A stretch of DNA of 54,541 bases, taken from Verrucomicrobiota bacterium. Lineage in GTDB: Bacteria > Verrucomicrobiota > Kiritimatiellia > SS1-B-03-39 > UBA6053. A program made the position numbers and the translations under genes. Location: the NCBI GenBank assembly GCA_046581765.1, contig JAYGFS010000338.1:1-54541 (forward strand), given 5' to 3'. Under the pieces are notes generated by a model. That model made no database searches and was not told the DNA's origin. It saw only the letters and a list, made by a program, of their open reading frames with translations. Below are positions 9,805-17,406 of the stretch, in pieces (within the stretch, counting starts at the first letter, position 1; each line of letters opens with the position of its first letter).

Positions 9805-10371
9805 CTACTTCCGCGTCGCCTCCACGCTGATCTCAACCGTCACCTTATCGCCAATCGTGGCGGCTTTCCCGTAGGTCAGGCCGAAGTCCCGGCGGTTCAA
9901 GCTCATGGAGGTCTCGAAGCCAATCCGCTTCATGCCAAAGGGATCATTGATCGGCCCATTCACGGTCACCGGAAGCTCAACCGCCTTTACATTGCCCAGG
10001 ATGCTCAGGTTCCCGGTTAATGCAAAGGTCCCATCCGCCTGCTTCTTCACGCCGGTACTCTCGAAGGTGATGTTCGGGAATTTTTCCACATTGAAAAAAT
10101 CCTTGTTCTTCAGGTGGGCATCCCGCTTAACGTTGCTGGTGTCCACACTGGCCGCTTCAATCGTGCAATGGGCCGAAACCAGCTCCTTCTTCGCGGAGTC
10201 AAAATCGATTTTCCCGGAGAACGTAGTGAACTTGCCCTTGGTCTTGCTGACCAACATATGCTTCACCTTGAAACCAATTTCCGCGTGCGAGGGGTCGATT
10301 TCATACTCTTCCGCGTGGCTCAAACCGGTCGAAACCGCAAAAACCAGGCATACTGCATACAGCTTTCTCAT
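9805..10371 (-). CDS. yceI: YceI family periplasmic polyisoprenoid-binding protein
   Basis: 188 aa with a signal peptide. YceI-like signature YEIDPSHAEIGFKVKHMLVSKTKGKFTTFSGKIDFD. AAGGA lies 8 nt upstream of the ATG at 10369..10371. The sequence is visibly more AT-rich than its neighbours. Confidence 0.9.
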   Translation of the reverse strand: MRKLYAVCLVFAVSTGLSHAEEYEIDPSHAEIGFKVKHMLVSKTKGKFTTFSGKIDFDSAKKELVSAHCTIEAASVDTSNVKRDAHLKNKDFFNVEKFPNITFESTGVKKQADGTFALTGNLSILGNVKAVELPVTVNGPINDPFGMKRIGFETSMSLNRRDFGLTYGKAATIGDKVTVEISVEATRK

Positions 10372-10443
10372 TATTCGTTTCCTTTCATGGTATTGAATAG
10401 TGTTCGATTTAACCGACTGGGTTGCCGTATCGACCCCCAGGAC

Positions 10444-10475
10444 AGAAAAAGACCGCTCGCAAATTACGAGCGGCC
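10444..10475 (-). terminator. rho-independent terminator closing the long minus-strand glycan operon
   Basis: The minus strand reads GGCCGCTCG-TAATTTG-CGAGCGGTC-TTTTTCT. This is a 9-bp stem with one G-U pair, a 7-nt loop and a T-tract. It starts 31 nt after the stop of the last operon gene (10507). Confidence 0.6.
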
Positions 10476-10506
10476 GGTCAAGCTTTTCAGACAGGTACTT
10501 GGCTGT

Positions 10507-11496
10507 TCAGGGGGGCATGATGATATCCCGGACCGCCACCTTCCAACCCCGGCTGTACCGGCGATAGTCACCACGAATAAGCCCGGATAACACGGGCAGG
10601 AGGCGAGCGGGCCGAAAGGCCGAGAGGCGGGATCGGCGCTGCAAAAACGCACGCTTGGCTTCCAGCGAACGGAGCCGTTCTTCCGGCACACCCGGCAGGT
10701 GCCTGGCCTGTTCGACCAGTTCATGGAAAACCGCCTCTTGCTTTTCATAATAGGCGCGGCGGTCCATGGAACACGTCTCCTCCACATAGGAGCGCGTGCT
10801 CGTCGCGGTACCGCCGACCTCGTTGGCGCCATGCTGGCGGTATTGCGCCAGGGATTCCGGGAGAAAGCCCACCGGGTCTACGGTGGAGAGCAGCAGGCTC
10901 AACCAGGCATCGTGAATCCAGCCGGTTGAAAAGGGCAGAACGCGGACAAGCCGATCCCGGCGAAGCATGAGGCCGGCACCCGTGACCAGGGGCCGCTGCA
11001 ATAGCAGGTCAAAAGCGCCGCCCGCCTCCCAGCGATGCTGCTTCTGCGCATCGAAGCCGATGCTCTGCCACATCGTCGACCCCATCGGATTGAGATCGGC
11101 ATCCACCAGCTCAAGGTCGTGAAAAACAAGGGCCCATTCCGGGTGTTCCGCGAGGGAGGCTTCCAGGCGCGCCAGTTTCTCCGGCAACCATACATCATCC
11201 TGGTCGCAGAAGGCGATGTACGTTCCCGAGCAACGCTTCGCGGCCGACTCGAAATTCAGGGCCACCCCTCTCCGGTCCGCGTGTGATTCGACCTGCACGG
11301 GGAAAGGCACTGCAGCGGTAAAGTCGTCCAGGATCTCACGCGTGCGGTCGGTAGAGGCATCATCCCCGACAAGCAGCTCGTCCGGCAGGCGTGTCTGCGC
11401 AGCGATGCTGTTCAACTGCTCACGCAGGTACGCCTCGCCGTTACAGGTGCACAGCGCGACCGAGATCGTGGATGGCTCAGCTTCAGTCCTGGACAT
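10507..11496 (-). CDS. glycosyltransferase family 2 (rhamnosyltransferase-like)
   Basis: 329 aa. ISVALCTCNGEAYLREQLNSIAAQTRLPDELLVGDDASTDRT plus the FCDQDDVW motif. The ATG at 11494..11496 overlaps the upstream stop by 14 nt. Confidence 0.9.
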   Translation of the reverse strand: MSRTEAEPSTISVALCTCNGEAYLREQLNSIAAQTRLPDELLVGDDASTDRTREILDDFTAAVPFPVQVESHADRRGVALNFESAAKRCSGTYIAFCDQDDVWLPEKLARLEASLAEHPEWALVFHDLELVDADLNPMGSTMWQSIGFDAQKQHRWEAGGAFDLLLQRPLVTGAGLMLRRDRLVRVLPFSTGWIHDAWLSLLLSTVDPVGFLPESLAQYRQHGANEVGGTATSTRSYVEETCSMDRRAYYEKQEAVFHELVEQARHLPGVPEERLRSLEAKRAFLQRRSRLSAFRPARLLPVLSGLIRGDYRRYSRGWKVAVRDIIMPP

Positions 11497-13453
11497 CGAA
11501 TACTTCCATCCACTGTTTCACCCCAACCATCAGCCAAACGAGGAAGTAATGCCAACGCAGCCTCGGATGCGCGGGGCATTGCAGCAGGGCCTGGATAAAT
11601 CCGTAATTGAACAATCCGGACGCTTCACACCATTCGCGGCTGAGTTCCTTCTCCACCAGAGGACGCAAGTCCTTCCTCCATTGCTCATAGGGATTGAAGC
11701 TGAAGCCCTGCTTGGTCTTGTTCATGATCTCCGGCGGGAGTTGCTCCCCCGCAACCCGTTTCCAGAGCGCCTTGGTCTGTCGACCTTTCATCTTGTCTGC
11801 AGCTGGCAGGCGAAAGGCCCATTCAACCAGGGATTTATCCAGGAAGGGCACGCGGCCCTCCAGGCCGTGCGCACTGGTCATCCGGTCCTCACACACCAGC
11901 AGGTCATTCACCATTTTTTCCTGAAATTCACAGCGCATGACCTGGTCGAGGTAGTTGCCCTTTCCCGAGAAATACGGCTCGAACCACGCATGGGTGCGCG
12001 GCACGGCACGAAAGCGTTCCGGATCGGCATAGATGCGGGCGTACATGCCCGCATCGTAGTCCCAGGTGTTGCGGAGCCGGGTGTAGAATTGGGTGCGATC
12101 CCCCAGCGAGAGGGCGATCTGCCCACCGATACGATAGTGATCCCAGCTGCGCATGGGATTTCGCTGCTGCAGGCCCCAGAGCAGCTGCGACAGGGGCCGC
12201 AGGAGTCCGCGTTGCACCGGGCCCGGGGTCGCCCCATGCAGGCGACCGAGGGTATTGGCGAAGCGATGGATGTCGTACCCGGCAAACAGTTCGTCCCCCC
12301 CCAGCCCACTGAAGAATACCTTGACCTCCTGGCGGGCAAACTGGGCCAGCTTGAAGACCTGCAGGACGTTGAGCTTCGGCTCCTCCGCGTACCAGAGGAT
12401 TTCCTTCATCTCGTCCAGGGTCCCCAGGGGCAAGCGCAGGTCGTGGTGCTCGGTGTCAAAGCGCCGGGCGACGATCGCGGCGTCATCGTTTTCATCATCC
12501 GGCTGGTTGAACCCGAGGGTGAAGGTGCGCACCGCGCGGTCGTTCACGCGCAGGCGGGCGGGATCTTTCATCCGGTTCGCGGCCGCAGCCACGATCATGC
12601 CCGAATCGAGTCCGCCGGAGAGCCCGATACCGATTGGCACATCGCTGAGCAACTGGGATTCGACCGCCTGGTAAAATGCCGTATCGGAGCCCCTGATCTG
12701 CTCATCCTCAGAAAGCGAATCCGTACCGACCGGCAATTGGTAATACGCCACCGGATCCCGCATGCGGCCCTCCTCGACCCAGGCGAAGTGAGCCGGGGGC
12801 AATCGCCAGATATCCTTGAACAGCGTTTGCTGGCCCGGAATAAACCGGACATTCAACAGGGCGTGCAGGGCCGCATCGTTCAAGCGCGGCTTTACCCCGG
12901 CGGCGAGCAGGGACTTTATTTCAGAGGCAAAAAACAGGCTGCCATCCGATTGGGCCACGTGCAGCGGCTTCACGCCAAAATGATCCCGGGCGAGTAACAG
13001 GCGCCCCCGGCGGTTGTCCCATATCGCGAAGGCAAAAATACCGCGTAACTCTTTCAGCCAGGCTTCAGGATGGTCCGGTTGATCCAGGTAAAGGTGCAGC
13101 AGGATTTCCGTGTCGGTATCGGTCTGGAAGGAGATACCCCGCCCGGTGAATCGTTCGCGCAGGGTCTCGAAATTGTAAATCTCGCCATTTAACACCACGG
13201 CGACCTGGCGATCCTCGCTGGTAATCGGCTGCGCGCCACCAGCCGGATCCAGCACCGCCAGGCGCCGGTGACCCAGGGCGCAGGTGGCCGGCTGTCCCGG
13301 CAGCGCTTCCCCGCTCACGGACAACCACGGCTGCTCGCCCCCGAGATAGATCCCCTCCCCGTCCGGCCCGCGATGCGCCAGTCGATCGTTCATGGCCTGG
13401 ATCGCGACCAGTGACCGCGGGGAGGATGGCATGATGCCGCAAATGCCGCACAT
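11483..13453 (-). CDS. asnB: asparagine synthase (glutamine-hydrolysing) family amidotransferase, glycan-cluster paralog (WbpS-like role possible)
   Basis: The track ORF was trimmed to the ATG at 13451..13453. This gives the obligatory Ntn N-terminus MCGICGI (Cys2 nucleophile). The PP-loop SGGLDS is present in GIGLSGGLDSGMIV. The junction with the upstream gene is TGATG. Confidence 0.92.
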   Translation of the reverse strand: MCGICGIMPSSPRSLVAIQAMNDRLAHRGPDGEGIYLGGEQPWLSVSGEALPGQPATCALGHRRLAVLDPAGGAQPITSEDRQVAVVLNGEIYNFETLRERFTGRGISFQTDTDTEILLHLYLDQPDHPEAWLKELRGIFAFAIWDNRRGRLLLARDHFGVKPLHVAQSDGSLFFASEIKSLLAAGVKPRLNDAALHALLNVRFIPGQQTLFKDIWRLPPAHFAWVEEGRMRDPVAYYQLPVGTDSLSEDEQIRGSDTAFYQAVESQLLSDVPIGIGLSGGLDSGMIVAAAANRMKDPARLRVNDRAVRTFTLGFNQPDDENDDAAIVARRFDTEHHDLRLPLGTLDEMKEILWYAEEPKLNVLQVFKLAQFARQEVKVFFSGLGGDELFAGYDIHRFANTLGRLHGATPGPVQRGLLRPLSQLLWGLQQRNPMRSWDHYRIGGQIALSLGDRTQFYTRLRNTWDYDAGMYARIYADPERFRAVPRTHAWFEPYFSGKGNYLDQVMRCEFQEKMVNDLLVCEDRMTSAHGLEGRVPFLDKSLVEWAFRLPAADKMKGRQTKALWKRVAGEQLPPEIMNKTKQGFSFNPYEQWRKDLRPLVEKELSREWCEASGLFNYGFIQALLQCPAHPRLRWHYFLVWLMVGVKQWMEVFDVQD

Positions 13454-14502
13454 CAGCCCGTCTCCTTGAAGTGACGTGAATGCGGCCGCGTGGTGGCAAT
13501 GCGACATATCATGTCCGTGACATCGATTTTCTCCTCGAGGATACGCTGCCCGGTCGCTTTCCAGGCCGGGCGGTCAAACTGCGCGAGCAACTCCTCGGCC
13601 CTTGCGACAGCGGCCTTGATCTCACCCGGATCGTACACGGAGACGATGCCGTAGTCCGACTCAAGCTCATTGAGGTAGCCCATCTTCAAGGGGTTCACGT
13701 ACACGCTGGGGACACCGAGCATCGCCGCTTCCGAGGGCATGGTCCCGCTCTCGCCAAAAACCAGGTCGGCCGCTGCCAGCAGGTGATGGATCCGATGGAC
13801 CGGCACCTGTACCCGCATCGGCTCCAATTCCTCCGGCAACGGGCCCTCCGCGGAAATCACCACCCGGCGATGCCGGGACAGGCGCTCGACCACCATGCGC
13901 TTGTCTTCCAGGGACAAGCCCTGCTTTCCAATATCGTGCAGGGCACCCCAGGCAACAAAGCGCACGAGGACAAAAGGGTCGTCCCCCAGGCCGGCTTCCG
14001 CGCGTATACCGGGATCGGGTGTGAATACATCCGGGCGCAGGTAGGCCAGCTCGTGATAGCCGTTATATCGTTCGTGCCTCCAGGGGATTTCCTTGTAATA
14101 GCACCGGGGCACATACACACAACTAGCAAAGGGATAGGCGAGGAGATTCGACATGGTCGCGTGCTCGGTGTCGTAGAAGACGTAGGTCGGCACGCGTCGT
14201 ATCCAGCCGAGCGTACCAATAAAGGTTCCGGCAATCGCCATCATGGCGTGCGGCTGAAAACGATTCATGATCCGCCAGAGTTTGCCCTGGCGATACAGCA
14301 GCTCCATGCCGAGTGAAACAAGCCCCGGCTTCGCGGTGCCGAAAAAAGTTACCGCTACATCGTACTGCCCGGCGAGTTCCCTGAGAATATCCTTATCCCG
14401 TCCGGTGAACAGGACCTGGTGTCCTTCGGCAACGAGTCGAGCGGCGGCGTTTCGAAAGAAGTGCAGGTGCGCCGGGTGTTGCAGGTCAATCAGGATACGC
14501 AT
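13453..14502 (-). CDS. DUF354-like protein (GT-B / 2-epimerase-like fold, function unknown)
   Basis: 349 aa. The N-terminus MRILIDLQHPAHLHFFRNAAARLVAEGHQVLFTGRDKD matches my recollection of the DUF354 family. ATG at 14500..14502. Confidence 0.8.
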   Translation of the reverse strand: MRILIDLQHPAHLHFFRNAAARLVAEGHQVLFTGRDKDILRELAGQYDVAVTFFGTAKPGLVSLGMELLYRQGKLWRIMNRFQPHAMMAIAGTFIGTLGWIRRVPTYVFYDTEHATMSNLLAYPFASCVYVPRCYYKEIPWRHERYNGYHELAYLRPDVFTPDPGIRAEAGLGDDPFVLVRFVAWGALHDIGKQGLSLEDKRMVVERLSRHRRVVISAEGPLPEELEPMRVQVPVHRIHHLLAAADLVFGESGTMPSEAAMLGVPSVYVNPLKMGYLNELESDYGIVSVYDPGEIKAAVARAEELLAQFDRPAWKATGQRILEEKIDVTDMICRIATTRPHSRHFKETG

Positions 14503-15410
14503 GCCCTGCTCCGCACCTGTTCATAGGCTGCAATGCAACTCAACCAGCGCGCATCATCGTAGCTCGCTTCCGTTTCATACAGGAAATATTTTGTCTTGCC
14601 CATATGCGTCATGAAAGGCGTGCCTTCCCAGGCGTAGAGCTCAAACAGCCGGGCCAGTTCCCGGAGCGCCTGGTGTTCATTGCCCTGCACGGAAGGCTGA
14701 TTTGCATAAATGTCATCAAGCACCAGGGCCCGCTCGCCCCGGGACCGGGCCGCAGCGGCAATACGATATCCCGTATCAGGCCCCACGACGCCGAGCAGGC
14801 CTTCAAGTGCTTGCCCCGTGCGGAGCAGGCCCGGGTGGTCGATGCAGCGTTGACGGGAGTTGATCGCACCCAGTCGCACAACCTGTCGACCGGTCCAGTT
14901 ATACGCCTTGCGGATGAGGCCCCGGTCAAAGGGCCGCCAGTCGGCCTGCAGGCGACGCAGGCTGTCGGTGTGCAGCAGGGCCAGGACGGGACTGGGAAAG
15001 TCATGGTATTTCCCCAGTTTCCACCGGGGATACGGCGCGCCCGCGGCAATGGCGCCGCTTTGCTGGACGGCCTCGACCAAGTGTTGATCCCAGCCCTCGG
15101 CAAATACATACACATCCGGGTCGATCGTGAGCAGGTACTCGGTTGATGTTCGTTCCAGCCCTTCGCGCAAGGCGCGTGCATGGCCCCAGGAACCGGTCAG
15201 GCCCCGGCTGTCCACCGCGACATAGGTCACCTGTCCCAGGGAGTCACACAAAGCCTGGATGTCCTCATCCAGGCCATGGGTATTATCCAGGAGCAGGAAG
15301 CGCAGGCGCGCTGGTTGCGCAGCTTTCGCGCGGAGGTTCGGTACCAGGTGCTTCAGGAAGAAGGTAGAGTACCAGTTGACCAGGAGAACGGTTATGTCTG
15401 GTTCGTTCAC
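14490..15410 (-). CDS. GT2-like glycosyltransferase (divergent)
   Basis: 306 aa with a GTG start. ITVLLVNWYSTFFLKHLVPNL...LLLDN and TIDPDVYV (DxD-like) suggest a GT-A fold. There is no membrane segment. Confidence 0.7.
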   Translation of the reverse strand: MNEPDITVLLVNWYSTFFLKHLVPNLRAKAAQPARLRFLLLDNTHGLDEDIQALCDSLGQVTYVAVDSRGLTGSWGHARALREGLERTSTEYLLTIDPDVYVFAEGWDQHLVEAVQQSGAIAAGAPYPRWKLGKYHDFPSPVLALLHTDSLRRLQADWRPFDRGLIRKAYNWTGRQVVRLGAINSRQRCIDHPGLLRTGQALEGLLGVVGPDTGYRIAAAARSRGERALVLDDIYANQPSVQGNEHQALRELARLFELYAWEGTPFMTHMGKTKYFLYETEASYDDARWLSCIAAYEQVRSRACVS

Positions 15411-15445
15411 AAAAGTAGGGGTGGCTATGAGCCGGGAAAGAGGGA

Positions 15446-16402
15446 TCAGGACTCGCGGGAAGCATTGGATTCTTCCAGCTTCTCGAGCTTCCAGGCAAGT
15501 TTCTCGCTGAGCTGACGATTCACCGCAATCAGGTCCGCCAGCAGCGCGACAACGAAGGTAATGAAGCCCATGCTCATCAACATGGATGCGAGAATCAGGG
15601 ACTGGACCATGCCCCCACCCTGCCCGGTCGCGTAGTAGTACATAAAACGCAGGCCCAGGAATGCCCCGGCGAAAAATGGAATACAGGCGAGCAGGCTGAA
15701 AAACCGGAAGGGCCGATACACCACGAAGATACGGATGATGACCACGACACTCCGGTAGATGTAACTGGGGATGCTCTGCACCAGGCGCGACGGCCGGAGA
15801 TCGCTGTTCACCCGGATCGGTACCGAGGTGATCGGGATGCCCTTGTGCCCGGCCTGGATAATGGTTTCCAGGGTATAGGTGTACTTATTGAACACGTTCA
15901 ACTGCCGGGCGGCATCACGTGTAATCGCACGAAAGCCGCTCGGCGCATCCGGAATATCCGTATTGCTCGCAACCCGCACCATGTAACTACCGAGGCGTTG
16001 TAAACACTTCTTAAGCCAGCTGAAATGTGGATGATCCTGGATCGGGCGGGCACCGATCACAATTTCGGCCCGGCCCGCCAGGATGGGGGCGATGAGCTTC
16101 TCGATATCGTCCGCACAATATTGATTATCTGCATCGGTGTTGACGATAATATCGGCCCCCTGTTCAATGCAGCCCCCCAGGCCCCGCAGGAAGGCCGCAG
16201 CCAGGCCCCGGTTATAATCAAAAGAGACCACGTGGTGCACCCCGTGTGCACGAGCGACCTCGACCGTGCGGTCAGAACTTCCGTCATCGATAACGAGGTA
16301 TTCCACTTCGTCCACCCCGGGCAGCGAACGCGGCAAGGCGTCGACCGTAATGCCGAGGGTTTCCTCCTCGTTAAAGCACGGAATCTGGATGATGACTTTC
16401 AT
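15446..16402 (-). CDS. polyprenyl-phosphate glycosyltransferase (GT2, DPM1/GtrB-like) with C-terminal TM helices
   Basis: 318 aa. MKVIIQIPCFNEEETLGITVDALPRSL...EYLVIDDGSSDRT and NTDADNQY are present. Two hydrophobic helices lie at the C-terminus (FFSLLACIPFFAGAFL, LILASMLMSMGFITFVVALLA). Confidence 0.9.
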   Translation of the reverse strand: MKVIIQIPCFNEEETLGITVDALPRSLPGVDEVEYLVIDDGSSDRTVEVARAHGVHHVVSFDYNRGLAAAFLRGLGGCIEQGADIIVNTDADNQYCADDIEKLIAPILAGRAEIVIGARPIQDHPHFSWLKKCLQRLGSYMVRVASNTDIPDAPSGFRAITRDAARQLNVFNKYTYTLETIIQAGHKGIPITSVPIRVNSDLRPSRLVQSIPSYIYRSVVVIIRIFVVYRPFRFFSLLACIPFFAGAFLGLRFMYYYATGQGGGMVQSLILASMLMSMGFITFVVALLADLIAVNRQLSEKLAWKLEKLEESNASRES

Positions 16403-16424
16403 GCGGGAACATCTTTAAGGACAT

Positions 16425-17405
16425 TCAGCCCTTAAACAAGTGTTGATCGTTCAGGCTTGCGGCCGCGGCCGCGGCGACACGGGACCGTAATGACCAGGGC
16501 AGCAGCCGAAGCGTGGAACGCAAGAGCGATTTAGGGCCGGGATCCGGCGGGGGATCCGGGAGGGGCCAGCGGGTGGATAAGCCGTCTACCCGGGCCTCCT
16601 CCACCAGGCCCTTCGCGGCAAAAAGCTCGGCCAATTCGAGGCCGAAATCGTAGCGGCCTTCGACCTCGCAGATCAGCAGGATCTTCAAGGCTTTTCCCGG
16701 GGTGATCGCGGGGAAAAGCCCCTGCTGGTCCATCCAGACATAATCGCGGAGCCAGAGCGACTCCGCCCAGAGGATCTGTGAGGTCCCGGCAACATGGGCC
16801 TGCATGGGGTTATTGCGGGGGACGCGGTGACAGTTCAGGTCGAAGAGGCGAAAGCCCTGCTCGCGCATAAAGATGTCGACCTCCGCGTAGGTGTTTTCCT
16901 CGAGGTAGGAATCGTTAAAGCCGGGTTCCATCTCGACGTAGAAGGCCCGGTCGAGCAATGCCGTTCCCTGTTCCAGGATATCACGGTCCAGGCCCTGGGA
17001 ATCGACCTTGAGAATATCCGCATCCACCCCCTGCAACTCGGCGACATCCGAGAGGGCCTGCGTCGGTACGCGGGTCGTGCCATCGACGATGAATTTTTCC
17101 CCGAAGGTAAAGCGATCGAGGAACCGGTGATTCGGTTCCAGCAGCGACCAGCACAAGGGATCCCGCGTCTGGTAAAGCGAGGCCTCCCCCTTGGACCCGG
17201 CCACGGCGGTCGGGAACCACGCGACCGTGTTAAAAGGACTCTCTTCCTTGCTCAGGCGCTCGCACTCTTCCGCATTGGGCTCGAAGGCGAAGTAATTAAT
17301 CAAGCGCTTCAACTGGTTCCAGTCGCGTGGGAATCCACCACTGGCCCCGATGTCGATGAAGTTCAAGCCCCCGTCGAGTTGATCGAGTTTCATATCATTC
17401 CACAT
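16425..17405 (-). CDS. FkbM-family SAM-dependent methyltransferase
   Basis: Motifs FIDIGASGGF and ILKVDSQGLDRDILEQG. The start was placed at the ATG 17403..17405, 1 nt after the upstream stop. The track start at 17456 is a GTG lying 50 nt inside the upstream gene. Confidence 0.8.
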   Translation of the reverse strand: MWNDMKLDQLDGGLNFIDIGASGGFPRDWNQLKRLINYFAFEPNAEECERLSKEESPFNTVAWFPTAVAGSKGEASLYQTRDPLCWSLLEPNHRFLDRFTFGEKFIVDGTTRVPTQALSDVAELQGVDADILKVDSQGLDRDILEQGTALLDRAFYVEMEPGFNDSYLEENTYAEVDIFMREQGFRLFDLNCHRVPRNNPMQAHVAGTSQILWAESLWLRDYVWMDQQGLFPAITPGKALKILLICEVEGRYDFGLELAELFAAKGLVEEARVDGLSTRWPLPDPPPDPGPKSLLRSTLRLLPWSLRSRVAAAAAASLNDQHLFKG

Positions 17406-17406
17406 A

